This document shows positions 1 to 13,876 of a stretch of DNA of 64,000 nucleotides, in pieces. Numbering within the stretch: the first letter of the stretch is position 1; each line of letters begins with the position of its first letter. The position numbers and the translations under genes are program-made. The notes under the pieces are model-generated. The model searched no databases, was not told the DNA's origin, and saw only the letters and a list, made by a program, of their open reading frames with translations. Where the stretch lies: the NCBI GenBank assembly GCA_048013815.1, contig CM106586.1, positions 3,038,001 through 3,102,000 on the forward strand, in the 5' to 3' direction. Source of the stretch: Setoptus koraiensis. Its lineage: Eukaryota; Animalia; Arthropoda.

Positions 1-1298
1 ACTGTTGAGTAAAATTGGTGTTATCTCGGTGATGAGCTATTGGTGAGATTTAGCCATACAAAGAAACGTTTGTATAGTGACATAATGACGGCATCCAAGT
101 GTAAATGATGCCTCTAAATAAGAATGCGAAAGCATCATTAGAAAGTATCATACCGCGATGATAACTTTGCATAGATAGCCGGCATTTGCGGGCAAGTCGA
201 GGTCAATTCTTCAACTTTGGCGCTTTTAGCCAAAGTTGAATAAGTAAAAAACGGTAGAGGGCCAGCCGTAGAACTGTGTATGTTTCTGATGAGTGCAAAG
301 CCCAAGGAGGATTGGTCGAGGCCACAGACAATGGAAGATTTTCACTTTGTGAAGTGTATGTGGTTAATTTCGAATCGCGCGCTACTTAGTTGAACTGAGC
401 GAAGCAAAGAGCGCCTCAATAAATATATCTTTGCTAGCTGTATCCAGTGTGCAATTATAACAGTGACGTGCCAGTGGAGTATAATAGTGTGGGCCAGTGT
501 AAACCGTTCTTTGGAGCAGTGGTGAACTGTTAGTAAAGTGTAATGGCATTTTGCATGCGCTAGAGTGCTGGCGTTCATCGCGGAGAATGTTTCTTCTAGT
601 TTACAGACAGACACACAGACAGACAAACACACAGACACGCATCGAATTGCTTCATTGACGCACGCACACAGAGATGAATGCCTGGCAAGATGGCGCACGG
701 GCAAACGGTTAGTGGAATATATAACTCTTGAAGCGCTGGTCAGAACCTTGAACCGCCTTGTGCTATGCCTACAAGATAGCTATTAATAGATAGCAGCACT
801 AACGATATACGAATATATTTAATTATAATTACCGACGATAACAGCACAATTATTATCCTTGTCGCTGTATTGATTTAATTGGAACAGATGATGACCTTCA
901 ACAACCTGCCACATTTAATCTGAAAGTTGGCCACCGACACACACACGCACGCACCGCAACCACCATCAAATCCACGGGCAATACTATCATTATTAGTACA
1001 AATATATATATATTTATATACAGATATTTATTCATTCATCCACACACACACACAGACTAACTCATATCATTTTAGACTAGTAGCGAGACAGAGGGAGAGA
1101 GAGAGAGAGAGGGAAAGAATATAGCAGTAATCAGATAAACGCGCTTCGTTATCGATCTTCATGATACACACCATCGCCAGCACAGCAATCTAGCAGCCTA
1201 CCCAGACCAACAACACCGACCACAACGACCGCAGCAGCAACGACAACAACAATAACAACCACTATCACAACAACAACAACAACAACAGCAACAACAAC

Positions 1299-1904
1299 AT
1301 GACCTACGGCAGAAATAGGGTATTCATTGGCGGCCTAGAGCCGGTCATCACCAAAGAGGACATCGAGAAAGAATTTGGCAAATTCGGAAAGCTAGAAAAT
1401 GTTTGGGTGGCCCAAAATCCGCCAGGCTTTGCATTTATTGTTTACGGCGAACAACAAGACGCCGAAAATGCCGTGGACAAAATGAACGGTCAGACGTTCA
1501 TGGGCGGAAAATTGCGCGTTGAACACTCCAGGCCAAAGCCACCGGGAGCTAGAAGAGGTGGCGGCGGCTACGTCGGTGGGCCACCTAGACGCGACGGCGG
1601 CGGTGGCTACATCGGCGGAGGTGCATACAGAAACGGCCGCGGCAGCTACAATAGTACCAGCTACGGTGCCCCCCATTACGCTCGTTCACAGCCCTACGGG
1701 GGCCCAGGAGCTGGCGGTGACCGCGGTGGCGGCCGGCCAGAACGACGCGACCACGGAGACAGATCCGTGGGCGGGGGTCGCGCAAACGGAAGATACCATG
1801 ACGCAGACAGTTATGGCGATTCGAGACCTCCCAGAAGAGACGACGGCCCAAGATCTAGAGAGTACCGCTCAGGCGGTAGAAGCCCACCGAGGAGATACAG
1901 TTAA
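1299..1904 (+). CDS. Rsf1: SR-related RNA-binding protein (single RRM + Gly/RGG-rich region + short RS tail), Rsf1/SRSF3-7-like, intronless, 201 aa
   Basis: ATG-started ORF. RNP2 VFIGGL and RNP1 region VWVAQNPPGFAFI, ending GGKLRVEHSR. The NPPGFAF signature marks the SRSF3/SRSF7/Rbp1/Rsf1 group. The Gly-rich C-terminus with no zinc knuckle favours Rsf1. Family call is strong; the exact orthologue is less certain. Confidence 0.85.
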   Translation: MTYGRNRVFIGGLEPVITKEDIEKEFGKFGKLENVWVAQNPPGFAFIVYGEQQDAENAVDKMNGQTFMGGKLRVEHSRPKPPGARRGGGGYVGGPPRRDGGGGYIGGGAYRNGRGSYNSTSYGAPHYARSQPYGGPGAGGDRGGGRPERRDHGDRSVGGGRANGRYHDADSYGDSRPPRRDDGPRSREYRSGGRSPPRRYS

Positions 1905-4900
1905 AGCACACCAAAACTACAACAACAATTAGATCAGTTAGTTAGCCAGTAACTATATGAATATGTAATAATACTAATACCTATGACATCTACGCATACA
2001 CGCACACACACACATACATACATACATTCATTCATTTGAAAATACTTACACACACGTACATATTTAGTTATATATTTATATATATATATAAATATATATA
2101 CACATACATATACAAACACAAACAAACATAAAAACTGCTGCCAAGCAATCGCATCTTATAGACAATTTCATTACACATACACAAGCATAATTCTCATTCA
2201 AATATATAATAAGAGTACATTCACATTGAACTACCACTGCTACCACTACTACATTCGTAATATCAATGCACACCATCACACCCATCTTACGACTTGATTG
2301 AGAGTATTGTAATAATACCTATTACTGCACCTATGATACTGAAATTACTAGATTCGCCAACAAATATATAATCAATATTTGACAAAAGAATGGAACTTCT
2401 ATCTCAATGATCTCGATCGATATATTCTGCTGCAACCGATTCTCTATATATCACAAAATAACGATCAATCCTTACAGAGCAATTTGTTATTGGGCAACAA
2501 ACCAATTCATTATTCACATAATTTTACTACAGCACTTCATCTGATCTTTTATCTATGGAAACAAAGTTCTAGCGCATAGTACGCATACCTAAGAAAAGGT
2601 ATCTTTTAAACTACAAAGATCCTCTTTCAACAAATCGATCTCAAGTTTGCTCGATCACATTAAAAATGTACGGGTATCATCATTGATGAATAATATATAT
2701 TTATATATAAAAGTAACAAGACTGTGATAGACAATTGATGATATTGATAGGCAAACGACATAATGACGCAATCCTCCCTCGCACCAGTATGAATATGACA
2801 CAACCTCATTGCAAATTATGTCGATTTTCATTCCAGTAGATACAATAGAGGTTTATAAGTAAGTGAGATAGTTAAAGAAGCTATTATTTTAAATTCTACG
2901 ATCTTGACACATGTCAGAGCGCAAGAAAAAGAAGAAAACTGTTTCTTGAGCTCAATGTTGTGGACGTCGAAAGTTCGCAGTTAGGACACAAATGAGTGTT
3001 GGCTTGGGAAATCCATGACAAAAACTGCTGGAAAATGATTGAATTCCATCATCCGAAGCCCGAGTTATGCATCACGAAATCGCATCTTCCTTCGTTGTAT
3101 CTGCTCACCGTCAATTATTTTTGAATCATTCATCTCGGTGTCATCAATATTTTATGGTTAGCTGGACGAGCATTTATATTATTGTGCTTCTGAACCTCTC
3201 CAATCTTCGTGCTTCAACTCGACGGATTTAGTTTATTCGTGTGAAACCATGATGGATAAAGTTAATTTATACAACTTAGAGGCGCGAGGTTTCATCTATA
3301 AGCAAACCCTCACTCGATGATTCTATTATCGACTAGGTGTACAAGCTTAACCCTACCTAGGATGTTTTCTTTCAAGGCTCATGGTTGGTACTTATTTTTG
3401 AAAAAAAAAAATCGATAATCGGCTCCGGAGCCATTCGCAACCGTACCATCAACAGACATGGCAGACGCGGATCACGGAGGAGATGGGTTTTCGCGTTCGC
3501 AGACCCACTGTTTTGTACCCAATGAAAACATTAAACTTACGGCAGCTTTTAATGAGCATACCGCGACAATTATATTGCAATTAGGCCATTAATTAATCAT
3601 GTATGTCTTTCAATCGTTTGTTTCGATTTTATTGTTATTTTTTAAAATAAGACTTAGTTGGACAATAGCTAAATTGTTCCGATAATTTGTAACCATATCT
3701 GTCTATATATCTTTGAAATTAGCCAACTTCTTCACTCCGTTACGATTTGTGATGATGTCGGTCCGATTGATGATTAGATGATTTACTGCTAATACTATTT
3801 TTTTTTTTAAATATGATCTACTTTATTGATGTGTGACTATGTTGATGACGGAAATGATCCTCTATTCATTTTAAGAAAGTTAAAAGTATCATTTGGTGGC
3901 ATCCCCGATGGCCGTTTGTTTTCCACACAAAATGCATATATTATACTTATATTAGAAGTATACAGTATTAATTAGTGATTAATGTAATAATAACGGTATA
4001 GATATACATAATGGAAAACATGGTACATGGATGGTGAAGAGAAAAACGCACACGCAAATTCTATTGGATTTTAATTAGGAGGAATGATTTATTAAGACAC
4101 CAACGAATCAATGACTCGTTTCGTTGATGATTGAACTAGAAATGTTGATGTTGTTACTGTCAGAGTATGTGAAGAGTTATAATTTGGGTATACTTTTGTT
4201 GCGCTGATAAATCTCTCTAGGTACTGATGTTATATAATACTGTATACTGTTTTCATTGGTGATATTGATTGAGCAATTGTGATGACGACAGTATCATCAG
4301 TATCAGTGGCAGTGATGGGCAAACAAATATTATATAATAGGAGGATTATATTTGTTGTCTTGCCAACATTGTGTTTTGTAGATAGAGAGAGTACAAGTTG
4401 AATTTGTTGGCTATGCTGGTAGATCGTTATTGTGGGTACCAACCAGTCAGTTGTGTGGGTAACTCCTGATGTAATGGGGACCATTCGCAAACAACTTTGG
4501 GCCAATTTAAATTGATCAACTTTTTACTAGCTAGAAAAGGCCCAAGAACATATAACCCACAGTACTGGTAAAGACAGGTAGGACAAGGTCTAGCGAGCTC
4601 ACGACAGGTGGCAGTGTGTGCATAATATAATATAAATACGTTTTTATATATATTTGTTGGATTATTTGTGTGATGTTGCTAAATTTTTGTTAGAGAATCT
4701 GATTGTCAGCTTCAAAATGGTTGATGTAATTCTTTTCATTTCTTAATTCTTTATACTTTTTAATACCATTCCGTTCCTTTCAATTTTATTTCGATTCGTT
4801 CCGTTCCGTTCCATTTCGTTTCGTTCCGTTCGTTTCCGTTCTCATGTAGATATTCGAATAACATACATGGTTGGTCATCCATTGATAATCTTTTGAGAGA

Positions 4901-5224
4901 GAAATCAATTGAGAATTGTCTAAGACAATTATTGCAAATATCGTTGTTGTCGATACGATGGTGTTGTTGTTGTTTGTGTTGTTGTGTAAAGAGTAAGTGT
5001 CGTTAAATTAAAAAGCTTCCATCCACTAGGCTCCACTTGTAATCTAAATTATGGTGCCAATTCAGTGTAATTGCATATGAGTGAACTGTTGCGAGCAACA
5101 ACCATTATAGAATTATAACTGCGATCACGACGACCAATTAGCAGTTGACAATAATAATAATGCCGTTGTAGCCTAGCTAGCTTGCTATATGTTCTTGCAT
5201 TGAACTGACCCCATGATGATTCAT

Positions 5225-8200
5225 CTAGTAGTGGGATTCGTGATGACCGTGGTGGTGGTAGGCAGGTGCAGTCTTGATTTCCTTGTAATGATGCTCAACA
5301 CTGTTGTTTTGTTTGTTTAGACATTTCACATTTGTTAATATGATGTGAACATTGTTGTTACGCAATGGATGTGACATTGTGCAATTGTTGTTGTTGACCA
5401 CACACGCAAACATAATAATTTAGACACATGAGATTGTGTGAATTTTGCGGCCAATGAATTTGGTGGTCAGCCAATGGTCGGTGGTTGCATTATCACAGAG
5501 TTGCAATGTTTCAGTTTTGATATGGCATGTCGGTTGTTGTTGCAGGCAAGATAATTGAGGTTGCCATTTAGTCAGTACATAAATATGAGGCGTTTAAATA
5601 GACGTTTTTTAAATATACATGTAACATATAAATATAGTCGTTATTGTTCAGTTATTGTTATGTAATGGCGAGTTCAAGTCCAATTGTTTTGTGTGGACAT
5701 GGTGGTTGAGTTTGTTAGACGGTCGTCGGCGTCGTCGTTGTTGTTATAATAGATACAAGTTGAAGTGGAAGAAAATACACGATAAAGAGATGGAGAGAGA
5801 CAGGGAGAGGTGATTAGTTTGGTTGCGTTGTTTATGACGACAATCTAAGCGGTTTTGCTAGGCTCTCGGTCCTTTGTATAAATTTAACAGTGGCAGTAAC
5901 AACATTATCCGACGATGCCGCTGACCCAATTGTGTGTACGGCCCATTGAGGGCAACACCACACACATTCGCATGGAACAACAAGTGGAAATAATGATAAA
6001 GCGGCCCGTTATTGTTGTTGTTGTTGCTGCTGCTGTTATTACAATGGAGAGAGAGAGAGAGGGAAAGTAGTGCGCGACAACTACCAAACTGAGCCGAGGT
6101 GAGGCGTAAATACCGGCCAGTGGTAGCCGCCAAGACACACGGTGGTTGGCGTAAGACGATCATCTGTGAATCACATGAGAAAGATGGAACTCAAGATAGA
6201 CCTAAACTCATCTATCATCGCGGAGATTGTTTGCGGCTTGATGATGATTCTAACTATTTATTATTCTTTTTCGCACGGCCAATAAACAACTGTTGCTGGT
6301 CGCTAGTCGCTGTTTGCTGGCTGCTGGCGTCGTTTTGCTGCTGTGCCACCACATCAAATAATAATTGCATATCTGTTAATCCGCTGCGACGGAGTTGCAA
6401 CGGCCCGGCCGTTTATTATGCTATTTGTGTGTGTGTGTTGCTGCTGCCGTTGTTGTTGCTGCCGTTGTTGGCGCTGTTGTTGTTGGCGGCAACAACAACA
6501 ACAACAATACACGGCCATAACAGTAACAATAACGGCAACAACGGCCTTTTATTATGGCCATTATTGCCGGCGAGAACTCATCAACAGCAAGCGAGCGTTG
6601 TCGTAATAACGCTCCAACGGCCAGTGGTCAGTTTGTGCTGATGGATGCAGCGAGAAAGATTGATGCGTCGCTCACGGTGCTCATACATATAAATATAAAT
6701 ATATATATGTATATATTGCTGGCCTGGCTAACGATCATCGGCTGGCCAATGATCGCCGTCAGTCATAGGGCGATCATCGGCGATTGAACGATGCTGATGC
6801 GTTGGTGCGACAACGGCGTGCCTCAGTCGTTCGCGGCGCCCATCGACTCGATGGCATCGAGAGTTGTGCAAGCCGATTGAAAAGAATAAGCGAATAATGG
6901 ATAGAATTGGGCGAGAGTTGCACTGTGTTGAGGAGAGTTCGAGCGGGCGAAGCAACAGCGTCTGCCAGCAGTGACATCGGTCGGCTGGGTTCAAGTGATT
7001 GTAAATAGAATGGCTTGAACTCTTCTTTTCTCGCTGCTATCTTTACATTTAGTCAAAGTTTGACTAGTCAACAAGACGAGAAACGTTAAATGGCCGCGGC
7101 GAGCCGAGCCGAGGGAGTTGCAGGCATTAAATTAGCGTTAGTTGTTGGAGCCAACTGGCGATTGAGAGAGAGAGCTATTATTGGTCATATAATGCTGACT
7201 GCTGACTGCTATTATAACTTTTGGGCAACTTTCTTTTGCCTGGCTGGTCGCTTGTCGTCGTTGGCGTTGTTGTCGGCCCGACAACAACAGCCATGAGTAT
7301 CGTTGTTGTCGCTGGCGCATTGTTGTTGTCGGTGGCGAATTCGCGAAAGTTTTGCCAAATAAAAGCTGGCCGGCCGGCCAACAGGTTGGCTCGGGCGAGC
7401 GGTAAGTGAGAGGCACTCGATTGATATAATAAGAAGAAGAAGAAGCGTTTAAGAAGCGCTCGAACGAATTCTGCCAATTACACGAAGCCAACAACGGCGC
7501 CCGTTGTTGGCTCAAGAATTGTTCAGATTGTTGCTGTTGTCGTCGTTGTTGCACCAACTGGAAAGTGGCTCTGCCAGCCAGCGCCATTGACAGCAACACT
7601 GGCTGGCCCATGCAACTGGCGCCGGCTCATAGCGCACACAATTGGATAATAGCAACAGCCAGTGTTATGACACAATGCATTGTTGTGTTCACATTACCGC
7701 TGGCGCCTGTACACTCACGAGCACACTCATCATGAGTGACTCATGGGTGCTCCTCTTCACCTGTCATCTGTGCGTCATGCGTCTGTCATGTGTCACCTGT
7801 CATGGGCCGATCAATGCGGCCGTTGTTGTTGCCGCTGTTGTCGTTGTTGCCGCTGTTGTCGTTGTTGCTGGCGCTGTTGTCGGTGTTGTTGCCGTCTGGC
7901 TGGCTTATCCAATTGGACAACAACCGTTATCCAGTTAGGCCGACAGTAACAGTTACATAACAGTTACGCCAGCACGGACAACGGCCCGCGGCCGTCCAGT
8001 CGCCGGCCGATTGTTGACAATCGCACTGTGCAGGCCGACCAATGACACTGCTGGCCGCATGACTTGCGGCTCGGGCGAGTCGGGCCAGTTGGGCGCTCAC
8101 CTGGCCGCTCACTTTCTTGGCACACTGGCGCTGTGCTAACGGGCCGGCCGGCCGGCCGCTCAACAAACTCGGAGCCGTCAATTTTGTGTTAGAGGCAAAC

Positions 8201-11200
8201 GCAGCACAGTGTACATTTACATTGAATACTGTATCATGCGCTCGGATATTCACTTGGCGCAACGGAGCTCGGCTCAAGTGCGACAGTCACGACGCCGTCA
8301 TTGATTCGGCGTGGCGGGGGCGCTGCGCCCAGATCGCAAATCGCAAATTGCGAATTGCGTCCCTTCCGCATGTCGTGCCGCTTTCGATTTGTTGTGTCGC
8401 TTTTAATTTGTGTTGTCGCTGTTGTCGGCGTCGTTGTGTCGCCGAGCAAACAACGGGCTGCGCTCATTTTGTTTCGCTCGCCACCAGGGCATCTCACACA
8501 GTTACATAATACACACACACACACACATTACATAATCTCAATCATTATCCTAATTGCAATCACTGCCGGCGCCGGCGCTGTCTGGCTGCAGCGATTGTCG
8601 GCCTGATTGGTTCGCCATTCGCAAATTGGCCAGCCAGCCAGCCAGCCGGCAGCACAATGGCGTAGCGGTGGCCGGCCCGTCTCGGCAACAAGCCACCGAT
8701 AACGGCAACAACCGATAACCGCAACAACAGCCTCATCAACATACACCCAACGGGCAACAAGTGGGCCTTTTTTGCTGCCCACCATACAGCGGTGCAGTTG
8801 CGGCTACATCTACATGTGAGAGATAAAAAGTTGCCCAATTCATTAGAAATTATCTCTCTCTCGCTCGAACTGGCTCGCATGCACTATCGCGGCCGATCGA
8901 TCAGCCGAATTAAGTGAGCGCCAGTCGCAAATAGGAAGTGGCCGCGCCGTTGTTGTTCATTGACATTCGTCGTCGTGCTGCCAGCCGGCAAGGTGTGTGT
9001 CAGGCAAACAATCGCCCCCGCATGCCGTCGGCGTCGTTGTTGGCGCTGTCAGACGACAACAAAAAGCGGGGAAAGTGCTCGCCAGCCTTTACTTGAACTT
9101 GACTGGCCCTGCCGCTCGCTTGTGGCCGCGCAGCGGCCCGTCCGTCGCTGTCGGCCGCTCGCTGGCGTCCGACACCCACGACGCGGCCCGACACCAAGCA
9201 CGGCGTGGGCTCTGGCCAGCCGGACGCTCATGTTTGTGCGCACTTGTCCGTGCATGTGCGCATATCCGCTTGTTCGTTGGCTCTGTTGTGCGCTTGTTCG
9301 GGTGCACCGGCGGCGCGCAACCCGGCCGCCAGATTCATTTGGACTGGCGCTGTCTCTGGCAATAACGTTGCTGTTTGGCGCCGTTATGGCCAAATAGAAA
9401 GTTGCGCACACTGGCGACAGGAAGTTGCCATTGCCGGCAAGTGCCTGCGCGAACAGCGAACAGCCAACAGCGACAGCCGGGCCGTCGTCGGGCGGCAGCC
9501 TGTTGGCGTCGGTCGTATCTCCCGGGGCAACAACATGCGCGCCCGCTCCCATTAAACTGACAACTGGAGCCATTGGCCAAACACACACACACACACACAC
9601 GCCAATTAGGCAAACAAATATCGATTAATGCAACTACAAATACCCTCCGCTCGCTGACCACTGTCGGCCGGTGTGTCACTTCCGGATTGCAAACAGGTTC
9701 TGGTGCGGTGCGGTGCGGCTGCATTGATTTGCGGCGCAACTGCATTGATTTGTTTCGAGTTGTGTCGAGTTGCGCCGAGTTGCGTCATCGAGTTGCATCA
9801 GATCAGTTGCAAGTTGCCAGTTGCCGGCACACACAAACTGTCAATGGTGCGACATTATCTCTCATCAAGGGTTCGCCTGGATTGGTCGGCATGCTTGCAT
9901 CATGGCACAGGTTGTGTGGCGCATAATGCGACGACAAACAAATATTACAGCAGTGATAACAGTGTCACATGCCAAGACAACTTGCCATTGCGCAATGTTA
10001 GCCAATATGCGCCATGTTATGCAATGCGCGCCATGTTATGTAATATTGGCCATGTTATGTATAACATGCCTTGAATACTAAATGAATAGTCGCTGCTGCT
10101 GCAGCGACGAGCCATCACTCGATCGCTATCCATCGATCAATGCAGACAATATCGTATCGTTGTGTGCATTACATAACACGGTTATGTTATTATGCAACAG
10201 CCAACGGGCACAAACGGCAACAAGTGGTTCAAGTTTAGTTAAGGCGCTTGCTTGTTGTTGTCCGTTGCGTTGGCATGCCAACGACTGTTGCCTCTTCTCC
10301 GCTGTTGCATGGCTGAGCTCACTTTCGCTCGCCGTGCTCGGCTTATCCGCTCCGCTAATGGCGTAATGGTTGCATTGACGATCGCGATTGGCCAAGTCTC
10401 GCCGGATCGAGACTCGCCGAATCGAGAGTCGCCAGATCGAGAGTCGCCAGATCGAGAGTCGCCAGATCGAGAGTCGGGCAAAGTCGCGCGCCCAACAAAA
10501 AACAAACACAAACCGGCCGCCTATTGAAACAACATGAGCAATCTCATATTTGTTAGCTGGCGCTGCGAATTAGTGTCTTGCCAATGGCACAATGAGTCAA
10601 CAGGTGACTGAGACGGTCGCTTGTTGCAGCCGCTATCGAGACAGGAAAAGCGATGCATGTTTTTGTTGTCGCTCTCATCTCGTTCTTTCTCTCTGCTCCT
10701 TCTCTCTCTATCGGCTTTCTCTCTCTCTCTGCTCGCTCTCTCGCCGTTTCTCTGGCCGTTTCGCTGCTCCTTCGCTCGACATTCGCCGCTCTCTCTCTCT
10801 CTCTTGTTCTGTCGGCCCGTCTCTTGTTCGGGCACCGACAAAACGGACAAAACGGCTCACACAATGATGCAACAGCGGACGCACAAACAAACGCAAACAC
10901 AAACAAACGCAAACAAACGCAAACATAAACGCAAACAAACAAACGAACATTCGAACAAACGAACGTTCGAACAAAGCGAAACTCGCCCGCTCGGGGAAAC
11001 AAATCAGGTTGTTGTGAATAGTAATTAGTTTTTTGGCTTCGCAGGCGCTGGCTCAAGCTCGGGCTAAGGCGAGCTCGGGCTCGGGCTAAGGCGAGCGCGG
11101 CAGTCGGCGGCATAGGCAGATCTGGATCTCGGCAGCGCACATATAATTAGATCATGCAGTTATTACCATTCAATTGGATTCATTTAAATTCACTTTCACT

Positions 11201-12735
11201 CAAAGCCAAACAACTCTGCCCGCTGCCTGCTGGCCGGCGCCTTTGCCGTCTCAAGAGCGGCAATTAGACAATTGCGAGCTCGACGAGAGCCGGCGATTGT
11301 ATTAATTAGAAATGCGATCAATTTGATTGCTTGCCATGATAATGATCGAACGCATGATGATGCAATCCACTTTATATTCATCGTCGTCGCTGCACAATTA
11401 CGACAAACGCACACACACACACACACACACACTGGCAACAAACAACCGCTCCATCATAAATAATCTAGGCCAAAGCGTTTAGCTCGACCTGACACCGGCC
11501 GGTCGCGCCGCTCAATGATTGATCGCCTCGAGCGACGCGCCGCACCGCCAATCACAGCGGCCGCCGGGCCGGCAGCCGCTCGTTGTGTCACACACTAACA
11601 ACTGCGCTAAACACACACATGCACACTTGCTCACAGAAATCGGGCGCCGCTCAGGGCCGCTCGGGCCGCCCGGGCCGCCGGACCGCAATCACGAGCGAAG
11701 CCGGAGCCGCGGCCGGAGCGAGCATGAGCACCCGAGGGGCCCAGTGTCGCTGGCTACTGGTTGTACTTACAGGATGGGCACCTTCTTCTTGACGATCACG
11801 GGCTTCTCTTTGATCACTGGCACGATCTTGTGTACGGCCTTTGGTACGGGCACTGGGACGTTCTTGTAGACTGGGTAGAAGTAAGGCTTTGGTACCTGTT
11901 GCGGGCGGGAAAGAGAACAATTGCGTGCGGCACACGGGCCGGAAGCGGGCAAAAGGCGTTAGTCGATGTAGGGTAAATGTCGACACACATGTGGGTACAT
12001 ACCGACATATGTGGGCACATGTCGATATCGAGTAAGCTAGGGGGCAACGCGCAACGGCGCCAAACTTACCTTGACGGTGACTGGGTAGGGCACTGGCTTG
12101 GCAATGGGCACGATCTTGGGCACGTGGACAATGTAAGGCTTGGGCACCTTAACCATGTAAGGATGGGGCACTGGCTTTGGAACCGGAATTGGTTTGGCCA
12201 CTGGTACGTGCTTGAATACTGGGTATGGGGCGTAGACGTGCTTAATTACAGGAACAATCACGTGCTTAGGTACAAATTTTGCAATTGGCAACTTCTTAAA
12301 TACCGGATAAGGTTTCAATACTGGGTATGGCTTGTGTACTGGGTAGGCTTTCATGTAAGGAACTTCTTTAGCAATATGTTTAACAATAATCTTCACTGGC
12401 CTTGCGTATTCAGTGTGATAATGATGCTCGCCACCCTCGGCTTGATTTCCGTAACCTGATTGCATTGAAGCGGCCTGTTGGCTTCCGTAAGACGAGCCCG
12501 AATCCATTGAGGGTCCGCTAGAGGCGCCATACGAGGAGCCCGAGTCCATGGATGAGCCGTATTGGTCGCCACCTGACGACGATTGTCCGTAACCTGATGC
12601 TCCCGAATCGCTGCCACTGGAGCCGTATGGATCGGAGGCGCTGACAAAATTACATAATATGGCTACACTAAGTGATATTGTCACTAGAGTGACGATGCTC
12701 GAAGCCACATTTTTGTTATTATGTGGGCACTTCAT
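5225..12735 (-). CDS. Secreted Pro/Val/Tyr/Lys-rich low-complexity cuticular-type protein (CPLCP-like), 3 exons, about 288 aa, His-rich C-terminus
   Basis: Exons (minus): 12735-12070, 11895-11771, 5300-5225. Junctions: AAG|GTAAGT...AACAG|GTA (phase 0) and CT|GTAAGT...AACAG|T (phase 2, matches). Signal-like VTLVTISLSVAILCNFVSA, a G/S/Y-rich segment, PV/PY/K repeats, and the end VEHHYKEIKTAPAYHHHGHHESHY*. Exons 1-2 are solid. Exon 3 is inferred from phase, acceptor and composition. Confidence 0.8.
10405..10477. repeat. 15-bp minisatellite (GATCGAGAGTCGCCA) x about 5
   Basis: Read directly from the sequence. Confidence 0.9.
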
Positions 12736-12995
12736 AATTGTGTTTGTTATGAACCACGATAATTATGAATATGATGTGTGTAATTTGTACGTATATAGAA
12801 ACAATTATACAACAACTATATAACTGTGTTGCACTTGACTGCTATTGTGTATGAATAATAATAATGAATATGTGAATGAATTTGTCGATTTATAACGCTT
12901 TCAACAAATACAAATAATAATAATAATAAGACTTGTGAGTGTCTTGACGACTTGTGTGACTACTGTTAATTGTTGTGTTTCGCTGCCGGTGTCGC

Positions 12996-13040
12996 GAATG
13001 TAACTATTTTATTTTGTTCTTGTGTGTATTTAAACACTTT
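12996..13040 (-). promoter_or_regulatory. Putative core promoter of the minus-strand cuticle-type gene (TATA-like TTTAAATA + Inr-like ATAGTT, TSS about 13005)
   Basis: AAAGTGTTTAAATAC (13040-13026) and TAGTTACATTC (13006-12996) are both identical in the paralogue's upstream region. TATA-like start to Inr A is 29 nt. Confidence 0.55.
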
Positions 13041-13698
13041 TCAAACTGATGTCGCTTGATGTCGTTGTTGTCTGTCTGTCTGTTCGTCTGTTTGTTTGTT
13101 TGTTTGTTTGTTTGTCTAGCTAGCTTGGTGCCGTTATGTTATAACAGTGTCCTTATGCCCTTATGCCGTGTTGCAAGTGTGAGCTGGCCGGTGATAAACA
13201 ATCTCTATATTATCATATACTGCTTATGCAACTACAAGCTGCACTACAACTACTACTGCTGTTGCTGTTGCTGTTGCTGCTGTCACTATCGCCAGCGTTA
13301 ATACTAGCGTGTATATCTATATAATAATATTATATATATACAAACAGATAGATATAAATATATATATATATAGATTATATATATTTATACATATACACCT
13401 AGTGGCAAGCGAGAGAGGCGCACAAAGAGCGAGCGAGCGGCCGCGCACACAGAGCTACAAACAAACAATATATATATTCATATAAATATAAATATATATA
13501 ATTGATATAAATATCACTGGTTATCTGGTGGTTGGTGGTTGGTTGTTGCGCTGTCGACGGCGACAATTGATATGACACACGCTGCTTGATATGACCGTTA
13601 CGTCCAGTACAGTACACACAACAGGTCTTGTCGTTGTTGTTGTTGTTGTTGTTGTTAAATTGCTTGCGCACACTCTCTACGCAAATGATGCTGACCAA

Positions 13699-13876
13699 GA
13701 TATTCACCTGTGCCGTTGTTGTTGTTGCTGTTGTTGCTGCTGTCGTTGTTGTTGTTGTTGCTGTCGTCGTTGCTGCCGGTGCTGTTGCTGCTGTTGGCGC
13801 TGTCAGTGCTGCTCACCTGTCTATTCGCTCAGCTGGTCTCAGGATGGTCATTAATGGTGATGCTCCTGCCCACTAT
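13699..13876 (-). promoter_or_regulatory. Paralogue-conserved upstream cis-regulatory module (41-bp element + two CAGGTG blocks)
   Basis: 13836-13876 is the exact reverse complement of 29166-29206. 13807-13823 matches 29313-29329 and 13699-13712 matches 29456-29469. Confidence 0.65.

Noticed and set aside
1-800. Possible minus-strand gene fragment (ORF 342-704 and neighbours)
   Set aside because: Manual translation gave no recognisable protein or consistent exon chain.
2300-4200. Moderately complex sequence downstream of Rsf1
   Set aside because: The frames I checked close quickly and show no motif; left unassigned.
4420-4450. ATTACATCAGG (minus strand), similar to part of miR-12
   Set aside because: The seed and 3' end do not match and no precursor hairpin is evident.
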